In this document: positions 23,787-34,357 of the stretch, in pieces
Position numbering within the stretch: position 1 is the first letter of the stretch
Layout: each line of letters starts with the position of its first letter
Assembly (NCBI RefSeq): GCF_902713615.1
Contig: NC_052175.1
Coordinates: forward strand, 8,449,941-8,513,940
DNA from: Scyliorhinus canicula
Lineage: Eukaryota
Length of the DNA stretch: 64,000 bases
Direction of reading: 5' to 3'
Position numbers and translations under genes: made by a program
The notes under the pieces: model-generated
What the model saw: only the letters and a program-made list of their open reading frames with translations
The model's database searches: none
What the model was told of the DNA's origin: nothing

Positions 23787-24680
23787 ATGGCAGGAGATCC
23801 CAGACCCGTGTTATGCTCCTCGTGCGCAATGTGGGAGTTCAGGGTCGCGGCCGATGCCCCTGACTCCTTCATTTGCGAGAGGTGTGTCGAGCTGCTGCTC
23901 CTGTTAGACCGCATGACGGCTCTGGAGCCTCGGATATACTCACTTTGGAGCATCCGCGATGCTGAGGAGGTCGTGGATAGCACGTTTAGTGAGTTGGTCA
24001 CACCGCAGATTAGAATTGGTGATGGAGACAGGGAATGGGTGACCAAAACGCAGAGAAAGAGAAGGAAGGCAGTGCAGGTGTCCTCTGCGGTCATCTCCCT
24101 CCAAAACAGGTATACCGTTTTGGAGACTGTTGGGGGAGATGACTCATCAGGGGAAGACAGTAGGAGCCAGACTCATGGCACCGTGGCTGGCTCTGCTGCA
24201 CAGAAGGGCGGGAAAAAGACTGGGAGGGTTATAGTCATACGGGATTCAATTGTAAGGGGAGTAGACAGGCGTTTCTCACGAATGGGATGTTGCCTCCCTG
24301 GTGCTCGGGTCAGGGATGTCTCCGACCGGCTGCAGGACATACTAAAGGGGAAGGGTGAACAGCAAGTTGTCGTGGTGCATATAGGCACCACCTATATAGG
24401 TGAAAAAAGGGATGCGGTCCTACAGTCAGAATTTTGGGAGTTAGGAGATAAGTTAAAAAGTAGGACCTCGCAGGTAGTAATCTCAGGATTGCTACCAGTG
24501 CCACTGGACAGTCAGAGTAGAAATACAACAATAGTCAGAATGAATAAGTGGCTTGAGAGATGGTGCAGGGGGGAGGGGTTCAGATTTTTGGGACATTGGA
24601 ACCGGTACTGGGGGCGGGGGGGGGGAACCATTACAAGCCGGATGGTCTACACCTGGGCAGGACTGGAACCAATGTCCTAG
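23787..24680 (+). CDS. CR1 ORF1p: Cys-finger, coiled coil, SGNH/GDSL esterase-like domain (frameshift at a poly-G near the end)
   Basis: CSSC...CERC, heptad region, VIVIRDSIVRG, VVVHIGTT, WLERWCRGEGFRF. Confidence 0.88.
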   Translation: MAGDPRPVLCSSCAMWEFRVAADAPDSFICERCVELLLLLDRMTALEPRIYSLWSIRDAEEVVDSTFSELVTPQIRIGDGDREWVTKTQRKRRKAVQVSSAVISLQNRYTVLETVGGDDSSGEDSRSQTHGTVAGSAAQKGGKKTGRVIVIRDSIVRGVDRRFSRMGCCLPGARVRDVSDRLQDILKGKGEQQVVVVHIGTTYIGEKRDAVLQSEFWELGDKLKSRTSQVVISGLLPVPLDSQSRNTTIVRMNKWLERWCRGEGFRFLGHWNRYWGRGGGTITSRMVYTWAGLEPMS

Positions 24681-25109
24681 GGGGTGCTTTTTCTAACACT
24701 GTTGGGGAGGTTTTAAACTAATGTGGCAGGGGGATGGGAACCAGATTAGCAAGTTAGAGGTCAGTAAAGAAGCAGCAACTAAAGCCAGTAAGGTACGAGA
24801 CAATAAACTCAATGTGACTAAGGGGAAGAGTAGACAGGGAAGAGATGATGAACGCAAAGGTACAGGTGGTCTGAGGTGCATTTTTTTAATGCGAGCAGTG
24901 TAGCAGGTAAGGCAGATGAATTTAGGGCTTGGATCAGTACCTGGGAATATGATGTTATAGGTATTACTGAGACTTGGTTGAGGGAAGGGCAGGGCTGGCA
25001 GCTAAATATCCCAGGGTATAGATGCTTCAGGAGGGACAGAAAGGGAGATAGAAGGGGTTGAGGAATTGCATTACTCGTCAGAGATGATATCACAGCTTTG
25101 CTTAAGGAT

Positions 25110-25285
25110 TCTTACAACACCAGGTTAAAGTCCAACAGGTTTGATTCAAACACGAGCTTTCGGAGCGCAGCTCCTTCCTCAGGAGGAACCTCGTGTTTGA
25201 ATCAAACCTGTTGGACTTTAACCTGGTGTTGTAAGACTTCTTACTGTGCTCACCCCAGGCCAACGCCGGCATCTCCACATCTTGA
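25110..25285. mobile_element. Palindromic Penelope-derived mini-element with 8-bp target-site duplication
   Basis: Perfect 46-bp inverted arms 25111-25156 and 25190-25235; ttaaggat duplicated at 25102-25109 and 25286-25293. Confidence 0.85.
25151..25185 (-). ncRNA. Minimal hammerhead-ribozyme-like motif of the Penelope type
   Basis: Minus strand reads cuc-CUGAGGA-a-GGAGC-ugc-GCUCC-GAAA-GC-UC-gug: catalytic core, 5-bp stem II, palindromic AGCU helix III; stem I has one mismatch. Confidence 0.6.
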
Positions 25286-25311
25286 TTAAGGATGGCACGA
25301 TGGAGGATTCA

Positions 25312-25507
25312 ACTTGGGTCACTGTCTGTGTGGAGTCTGCACATCCTCCCCGTGTGTGCGTGGGTTTCCTCCGGGTGCTCCGGTTTCCTCCCAATGTCCA
25401 AATTTGCCCTTAGTGTCCAAAACTCTATGATTAACCTAGGATAAAAGTTCGGCACAACGTCGTGGGCCGAAGGGCCTGTTCTGTCCTGTACTTCTCTCTC
25501 TCTCTGT
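25312..25507 (+). mobile_element. 5'-truncated HE1-like SINE inside CR1 ORF2
   Basis: Begins at the B-box region (gattc..cttgggtcactgtctg) and has the SINE tail. Confidence 0.85.
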
Positions 25508-28284
25508 CACTGAGGCAATATGGGTGGAGCTGAGAAATAGGAAGGGTGCAGTAACATTGTTGGGACTTTACGACAGACCTCCCAAAAGCGAGGATGAAAT
25601 AAAAGTACAAATATGAGACAGATTATAGAAAAATGTAGGAGCAATAGGGTGGTTGTGATGGAGATTGTAACTTCCCCAACATTGAATGGGATTCGTGTAG
25701 AGTTGGAGGCATAGATGGAGCAGATATTGTAAGGAGCATCCAGTGGAGTCTTTTAGAGCAGTATGAAATTAGTACAACTCGGGAAGGGGCCATACTGGGC
25801 CTGGTTTTGGGGAATGCTCCCGGCCAGGTGGTTGATGTTTCAGTCGGTGATTACTTTGGGAATAGCGATCACAATTCCGTAAGTTTTAAAATACTCATGG
25901 ACAAGGACAAGAGTGGTCCGAAAGGAAGAGCACTAAATTGGGAAAGGCAGAGTATAACAAAATTCTGCAGGAGCTAGGGAATGTGGATTGGGAGCAGCTG
26001 TTTAAGGGTAAATCCACATTTGAAATGTGGAAGTCTTTTAAGGAAAGGTTGCTCAGAGTGCAGGACAGGCATGTTCCTGTGAAAATGAGTGATAGAAATG
26101 GCAATATTAGGGAACCATGGATGACGGGTGAAATTGTGAGACTAGCTAAGATGAAAAGGAAGCATACATAGGATCGAGGCAACTCAAAACTGATGAAGCT
26201 TTGGAGGAATATCGGGAAAGTAGGACGAATCTCAAACGCGCAATAAAAGGGGTCATGAAATATCTTTGGCTAACAAGGGTTAAGGAAAATCCTAAAGCCT
26301 TTTATTCCTACGTAAGGAGCAAGAGGGTAACGAGAGAAAGGATTGGCCCACTCAAAGACAAAAGAGGGAATTTATGCGTTGACTAAGAGAAAATGTTTGA
26401 GATTCTTCATAAGTACTTTACATCGGTATTCACAAAGGAGAGGGACAAGACGGATGTTGAGGCGAGGGATGGATGTTTAAATGCTCTAGGTCAAGTTTGC
26501 ATACGGAAGGGGGATGTTTTGGGTAATCTAAAAGACATTAAGGTGGACAAGTCCCCAGGACCGGATGGGATCTATCCCAGGTTACTGAGGGAAACGAGGG
26601 TTGAAATAGCTGGGGCCTTAACAGACATCTTTGCAGTATCCTTGAGCACGGGTGAGGTCCAGGAGGACTGGAGAATTGATAATGTTGTCCCTTTGTTTCA
26701 GAAGGGTAGCAGGGATAATCCAGGGAATTATTGACCTGTGAGCTTGACGTCAGTGGTAGGGAAGCTGTTGGAGAAGATACTGAGGGATAGGATCTATTCA
26801 CATCTGGAAGAAAATAGACTTATCAGTGATAGGCAGCATGGTTTTGCGGAGGGAATGTCATGTTTACAAACCTAATAGAATTTATTGAGGAAGTGACAAA
26901 GTTAATTGATGAGGGAAGGGTTATAGATGTCACATACATGGACTTTAGTAAGGCGTTTGATAAGGTTTTCCATGGCAGGTTGATGGAAAAAATGAAGTCG
27001 TATGGGATTCAGGGTGTACTACCTAGATTGATAAAGAACTGGCTGGGTAACAGGAGACAGAGAGTAGTGGTGGAAAGGAGTGTCTCAAAATGCAGAAGTG
27101 AGACTAATGGTGTTTCACAGGGATCCGTGCTCGGACCACTGTTGATTGTGATCTACATAAATGACCAGGTGGAAGGTATAGGTGGTCTAAATAGCAAGTT
27201 TACAGATGATGCAAAGATTGGTGGAGTTGCAGATAGCGAGGACGACTGTCAGAGAATAAAACAAAATATAGATAGATTGGAGAGTTGGGCAGAGAAATTG
27301 GAGAAGGAGTTCAATCCAGGCAAATGCGAGGTAATGCATTTTGGAAGATCAAATTCTAGAGCGGACTATATGGTCAATGGAAGGAGCTTGGGGAAAATTG
27401 ATGTACAGAGAGATCTGGGAGTTCAGGTCCATTGTACCCTGAAGGTGGCAACGCAGGTTGATAGAGTGGTCAAGAAGGCATCTGCATGCTTGCCGTCATC
27501 GGACGGGGTATTGAGTACAAGTGTTGGCAGGTCATGTTACAGTTGTATAAGACTTTGCTTCGGCCACATTTGGAATACTGTGTGCAGTTCTGGTCGCCGC
27601 ATTACCAGAAGGATGTGGATGCTTTGGAGAGGGTGCAGAGGAGGTTCACCAGGATGTTGCCTGGGATGGAGGGTGCTAGCTTTGAAGAAAGGTTTAGTAG
27701 ATTAGGATTGATTTCGTTGGAAAGTCGGAGGTTGAGGGGGGACGGTCTACAAAATTATGAGAGGTATGGACAGGGTGGACAACAACACGCTTTTCCCAAG
27801 AGTGGGTGTGTCGGTTACAAGGGGTCACGATTTCAAGGTGAGAGGGGGAAAGTTTAAGGGAGATGTGCGTGGAAAGTTTTTTTACGGAGAGGGTGGGGGG
27901 TACCTGTAACGCTTTACCAGCGGAGGTGGTAGAGGCGATAACGATAGCATTATTTAAGAGGCATCTAGGCAGGTATATGAACGGGCGGGAACAGAGGGAA
28001 GTAGACCTTGGAAAATAGGAGACAGGTTTAGATAAAGGATCTGGATCGGCGCAGGCTCGGAGGGCCGAAGGGCCTGTTCCTGTGCTGTAATTTTCTTTGT
28101 TCTTTGTTCCCTTTGTTCTTAATCCGAGATCCCGTGAGTTACAAACAGAGGTTTGTCTTCTGTTGATGAAACTGATTCAGCTCATAGGCATGCTTAAAGA
28201 CATTTAATTTCAGTGAATTATATCATTGATCACGAAGTCAACATTAAATATTTTCAATCAGTTTAAAATCAGAGAGCCGCTGGG

Positions 28285-31200
28285 CTCGAGGCAGAATATT
28301 TGCCGTCTACCACCACTCTCTGCCTTCTATCGGTTAGCCAGTTCGTTATCCAACTGGCCAAATGTCCCTCTATCGCATGCCTCCTTACGTTCTGCATACG
28401 CCTACCATGGGGAACCTTATCAAATGCCTTACTAAAATCCATGTACACCACATCCACTGCTTTACCTTCATCCACATGCTTGGTCACCTCCTCAAAGAAG
28501 TCAATAAGACTTGTACGGCAAGACCTACCCCTCACAAATCCGTGCTGACTATCCCAAATCAAGCAGTGTCTTTGCAGATGCTCAGAAATACTATGCCTCA
28601 GTACCCTGTGCGTTACTTTGCCTACCACTGAAGTAAGACTAACTGGCCTGTAATTCCAAGGGTTATCCCGATTCCCTTTTTTGAAAAGGGGCACGACTTT
28701 CGCCACTCTCCAGTCCTCTGGTACCACCTATGTTGACAGCGAGGATGAAAAGATCATTGCGAACGGCTCTGCAATTTCATTTCTTGCATCCCATAGAATC
28801 CTTGGATATATCCCGTCAGGCCCGGGGGACTTGTCTATCCTCAGTTTTTTCAAAATGCCCAACACATCTTTCTTCCTAACAAATCTCCTCGAGATTACCA
28901 CTGTTTCACACTGCCCTCTCCAACAATATGGCCCTTCTCGTTTGTAAATACTGAAGAAAAATACTTGCTCAAGACCTCTCCTATCTCTTAAGACTCAATA
29001 CACAACCTCCCGCTACTGTCCTTGATATGACCTACCCTCGCTCTAGCCATTCTCATATTTCTCTCATATGTGTAAAAATCCTTGGGGTTTTCCTTGATCC
29101 TGCCCGCCAAAAAAATTTCATGCCCTCTCTTAGCTCTCCTAATCCCTTTCTTCAGTTCCCTCCTGGCTATCTTGTATCCCTCCAGCGCCGTATCTGATCC
29201 TTGTTTCCTCAGCCTTACATAAGTCTCCTTCTTCCATTTAACAAGACATTCAATCTCTCTTGTCAACCATGGTTCCCTCACTCGACGATCTCTTCCCTGC
29301 CTGACAGGGACATACATATAAAAAACACGCAGTACCTGTTCCTGGAACAAGTTCCACATTTCACTTGTGTCCTTCCCTGACAGCCTATGTTCCCAACTTA
29401 TGCACTTCAGTTCTTGTCTGACAGCATTGTATTTACCCTTCCCCAATTGTAAACCTTGCCCTGTTGCACAAACCTATCCCTCTCCAACACTAAAGTGAAA
29501 GTCACAGAATTGTAGTCACTACCTCCAAAATGCTCCCCCACTAACAAATCTTTCACCTGCACTGGTTCATTACCAATTACCAAATCCAATATGGCCTCCC
29601 CTCTGGTAGGACAATCTACATACTGTGTTAGAAAAGCTTCCTGGACACACTGCACAAACACTACTCCATCCAAACTATCTGATCTAAAGAGTTTCCACTC
29701 AATGTTTGGGAAGTTGAAGTCACCCATGATGTTGTGCCGAGCAATGATCACCCTACTCAAACCCACGTATCCACCCTATACCCGTAACCCAACACCCCCC
29801 CCCTTAACCTTATATTTTTAGGACACTACGGGCAATTTAGCATGACCAATCCACCTAACCCGCACATCTTTGGACTGTGGGAGGAAACCGGAGCACCCGG
29901 AGGAAACCCACGCACACACGGGGAGGATGTGCAGACTCCGCACAGACAGTGACCCAGCTGGGAACCGAACCTGGGACCCTGGAGCTGTGAAGCATTTATG
30001 CTAACCACCATGCTACCGTGCTGCCCTTCTATCCAAGTTGCCGTGATGGCCACCACATCGTCGTCCAAAGTATCGATCAATGCCTTAAGATCACCCACCT
30101 TATTCCTGATGCTTCTTGCATTGAAGTATACACACTTCAACCCATCGCCTTGCCTGCAAGTACTTTCCTTTGTCAGTGTTACCTTCCCCACTGCATCACT
30201 ACGTGCTTTGGCATCCTGAATATCGGCTTCCTTAGTTCCTGGACTGCAAATCCGGTTCCCATTCCTCTGCCAAATTAGTCTAAACCCTCCCTAAGACTAC
30301 TAGAACCCCCCCCCCCCCCCAAGGATATTGGGGCCCCTCCGGTTCAGATGCAACCCGTCCTGCTTGCACAGGTCCCACCTTCCCCAGAATGCGCTCCAAT
30401 AATCCAAATACCTGAAGCCCTCCCTCCTACACCATTCGTGCAGCCACGTGTTCAACTGCACTTTCTCCCTATTCCTAGCCTCGCTATCACGTGACACAGG
30501 CAACAAACCAGAGATGACAACTCTGTCTGTCCTGGCCTTTAACTTTCTGCCTAACTCCCTAAACTTGATTATTACCTCAACACCCCGTGTCCTACCTACG
30601 TCGTTAGAACCAATGTGCACCACGACTTCTGGCTGCTCACCGTCCCCCTTCAGGATCCTGAAGACACGATCTGAGAAATCCCTGGCCCTGGCACCCGGGA
30701 GGCAACATACGTTTCGGGAGTCTCGCTCGCGACCACAGAATCTCCTACCTATTCCCTTAATCATTGAATCTACCATTACTATTCCTTTTCTATGCTCCCC
30801 TCTTCCCTTCTGAGCCCCAGAGCCAGACTCAGTGCCAGAGACCTGGCCGCTAGGGCCTTCCCCCGGTAGGTCACCCCCCCAACAGCATCCAAAACGGTAT
30901 ACTTGTTTTGAAGGGGAACAGCCACGAGGGATCCCTGCACTGTCTGACTGGTAGTTTTATTTCCCCTGACTGTAACCCAGCTACTCTTGTCCAGTACCTT
31001 GGGTGTGGCTATTTCCTGTGGTTATTTCCTGTAACTCTCGATAACCCCCTCTGCCTCACGGATGATCCGAAGTTCATCCAGCCCCAGCTCCAGTTCCCTA
31101 ACACGGTCTCCGAGGAGCTGGAGTTGGGTGCACTTCCCGCAGGTATAGTCAGCGGTGACACCAGTGGTGTCCCTCACCACCCACATCCTACAGGAGGAGC

Positions 31201-31745
31201 ATGCAACTTCCCTAGCCTCCATCCCCTCTTACTTTACAGAATTTGCTGCCCCGTAGACCAACTGGACCTCCGCACTCCGACTCTGCGTCCAGTCAGCTGT
31301 ACTCTAAACTCCTGGCTCCCTTTACGCTTTTTGATAAATATAGGAAATGAAATCTAAGTAGCACCTTACTCCCTCCTCACCTAACTCCCTCAGTCACCAA
31401 ACTCTCACTGTAGCATTCAAATGCAACAAGTCTCATCACTCCAGTGCAAACAAAGTCTGCACTATAACTAGCTCATCTTTATACTGTGACTCTAGCCTCT
31501 GAAAACTGTCCTAATCCAATTAACTAATTAACAACCTCCAGCTGCAACTTCCTAAAAATAGAACCTTGTTTAAAGCTGATTCAAAATTCACCTTCTTATA
31601 CACCAAACAGCAAATTTAAGTTAGTTAACTAAATACAAGAAATACGACTTTAAATAAAAATGAACCCTTATACTCCCTCAGTCACCAAACTCTCACTGTA
31701 ACACTCAAATGCAACAAGCTCAGCTCAACTCCAGTGCAAACCTAA
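28285..31745 (-). mobile_element. Second CR1 subfamily: 5' UTR, ORF1, endonuclease, N-terminal half of RT; 3'-truncated
   Basis: ORF1 CSSC...CGKC and esterase block; CVYFNARSIRNK; GDFNFP; DFSKAFDKVPHG; breaks at VVVDGKYS. Duplicated UTR block at 31368 and 31670. Confidence 0.93.
29727..30026 (-). mobile_element. Young HE1-like V-SINE lacking its 3' tail, inside the CR1 endonuclease
   Basis: Near-identical to the 20071 copy up to gatgttgtgccga. Confidence 0.92.
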
Positions 31746-34357
31746 TAATGGGAGGCGATTTCAATACAGTGCTGGCCCGAGCACTGGATTGCTCGAGGTC
31801 CAGGACGGGTAAGAGGCCGGCGGCGGCCACAATGCTGAGGGGGTTCATGGACCTGATGGGAGGGGTGGATCCTTGGAGGTTTCTGAGGCCGGGGGTTTTT
31901 CTCCCATGTCAAAAAGTCATACTCCCGGATCAACTTTTTTGTCTTTAGCATTGCGCTGATTCCGAGGGTGGTAAGTGTGGAGTATTCGGCGATAGCCATC
32001 TCAGATCACGCCCCACATTGGGTGGATTTAGAGCTGGGGAGGGGGGGACCAACGCCCGTCGTGGAGGTTAGATGAGGTGCTGCTGTCGGACCAGCAGGTA
32101 TGCGGGCAGGTCCGGATGTGCATAGAGGGGTATAGAGAAACGAATGATAATTGGGAGGTGCAGGTGGGGGTGATCTGGGAGGCCCTGAATACGTTGGTTA
32201 GTGGGGAGATGATCTCGATCAGGGCACGTAGGGAGAGGGGCGAGAAAAGGAAGAGGGAGAGGTTGGTGGAAGAGATCGTGAGGGTGGACAGGAGGTAAGC
32301 GGAGGTCCCGGAAGAAGGGATATTGAGGAAGCATCGTAGTCTTCAAGGGGAGTTTGATATTTGACCACCAGAAAAGCGGGGGCACAGTGGAGGAGGGCGC
32401 AAGTGGCGGTATACGAATACGGGGAGAAGGCGAGTTGGATGAAGGCGCACCAGCTCCGGAAGCGGGAGGCAGTGAAAGAGATAGGGGGAGTTAGAGATAG
32501 AGGAGGGAGGCTGGTGCCGTGTGCGAGGGGCATTAATGGAGTATTTAGGACCTTCTATGAGGAGTTATACCGGTCAGTGCGACCAGGGGAGGAAGGAATG
32601 GACCGCTTTTTGCGCAAGCTGGGGTTCCCGAGAGTGGGGAGGAGCAGGTGGAAGCCCTTGGGGCGCCAGTTGTGCTGGACAAGCTGGTCAATGCGATGGG
32701 GAGCATGCAGTCAGGGTACACTCCGGGATCCGATGGGTTCGCGGTGGAATTGTATAAGAAGTGTTTAGGCCTGCTGGGCCAGCTGCTAATGAGGACCTTG
32801 AATGGGGCAAGGGAGAGGGGGTGGGGGACTTTGCCCCCGACGATGTCCAGGGCGTTATCACTGATTCTGAAGCGGGATAAGGACCCCCTCCAGTGTGGAT
32901 CATACAGGCCGATCTCGCTCCTCAATGTGGATGCAAAACTGCTGGCCGATATTGGCCAGGAGGGTGGAGGATGTGGTGCCGCAGGTTATTCACGAGGATC
33001 AAACGGGTTTTGAGAGAGGGAGGCAGTTGAACGTTAACGTGCGTAGGCTTCTCCATGTCATAATGATGCCGTAGGTGAACGGGGAGGCGGAGATAGCTGC
33101 GTCAATCGATGCAGAGAAGGCCTTTGATGGTGGAGTAGAGATACCTTTGGGAGGTTTTGGAGAGGTTCGGGTTCGGTGAGAGATTTATTAGGTGGGTGAG
33201 GCTGTTGTATGATGCCCTGGTAGCGAGTGTGGTGACGAATGGGAGGAGGTCGTAGAACGTTCGGTTGTTCCGGGGGACGAGTCTCCCCTGCTGTTTGCGT
33301 TGGCGCTCGAAGCCCTGGCCAAGGCGCTGAGGGAACCAGCAGACCAGTGCATTCGGTGGACCAGAAAAGAGAGAGAGGCAGGGGAGCTTCCGCTGAAAAG
33401 GGCAGAGAGAAGATTCAGATACCTGGGGTCCAGATAGCCAGGGGATGGGGGGCCCTGTATAGGCTCAACTTTACTAAGCTGGTGGAGCAGATGGAGGAGG
33501 AGTTTAGGAGGTGGGATGTGTTGCCACCCTCCCTAGCAGGGAGGGTCCAGCCGGTCAAAATGACCGTGCTCCCGAGGTTCTGAAAGATAAGTGGGAGGAG
33601 GAGCTGGGAGAGGAGATCGGTGAGGGGACGTGGGCGGCTGCTTTGGGGAGGGTGAACTCCTCCTCTTGCACACGGCTTTGTTTAATCCACCTAAACGTAC
33701 TGCAAAGGGTTCATTTTGATAGGATCAGGCTGAGCCGGTGCTTTGGAGGAGAAGACAGGTGTGGTAGGTGTTCGGGGAGTCCTGCAAACCACACCCACAT
33801 GTTCTGGGCGTGGCCTGCGTTAGAGGGCTTTTGGAGGGGCGTTACGGTATCTTGTCTAGGGTGGTCGGCTCCAGGGAGGAGCCGGTATGGGGGCTCGCAA
33901 TTTTCGGGATATCATCGGAGCCGGGAGTGTTGGATGCGAAACAGGCCGGGATTCTGGTCTTTGCCTCCCTGGTAGCCCGGCGCAGGATTCTTTTACAGTG
34001 GAAGAACTCGAAGCCCCCAAGCGCAGAATACTGGATCAACAACATGGCTGGGTTCATCAAACTGGAGAGGGACAAGTTTGCGCTTAGGGGGTCGTGCAAG
34101 GTTTTCTTCCGGCAGTGGCTGCCGTTTCTAGACTTCCTTGCGGAGCATTAGGGGGTGGTCAACTTCAGCAGCAAACCGGGGGGGATACTTGTTCGATATG
34201 AGGGATGGGTGTGTGGTTTCATGCTTTCATGCTCATTCTTTGTGTTAATTTATTACTGTTGCATTTAGGGGTGGGGGGAGGGTGATCGGTTTTCTTTGTT
34301 CTGTGGGTGAAAAGCTGTTGAAAATTTGAATAAAAATTATTTAAAAAAAAGAAAAAA
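31745..34357 (+). mobile_element. L1/Tx1-clade LINE ORF2, 5'-truncated and internally deleted
   Basis: MGGDFNTVL, SDHAP, PGSDGF.VELYKK, YRPISLLNVDAKLLA, CGRC..PANHTHMFW; aataaa plus poly(A) at 34329-34357. Confidence 0.92.

Larger units (their letters stand above)
22935..28120 (+). mobile_element. Near full-length, inactivated CR1 LINE (5' UTR, ORF1, ORF2, 3' tail)
   Basis: 5' UTR with duplicated cagcagagggcagcagag..attggctgttccgg block; ORF1; endonuclease (GITETW, SDHNS); RT (KAFDKV, QGSVLGP, KFTDDAK); (ttctttg)n tail. Flanks rejoin to sequence homologous to 43315-43325. Confidence 0.95.
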
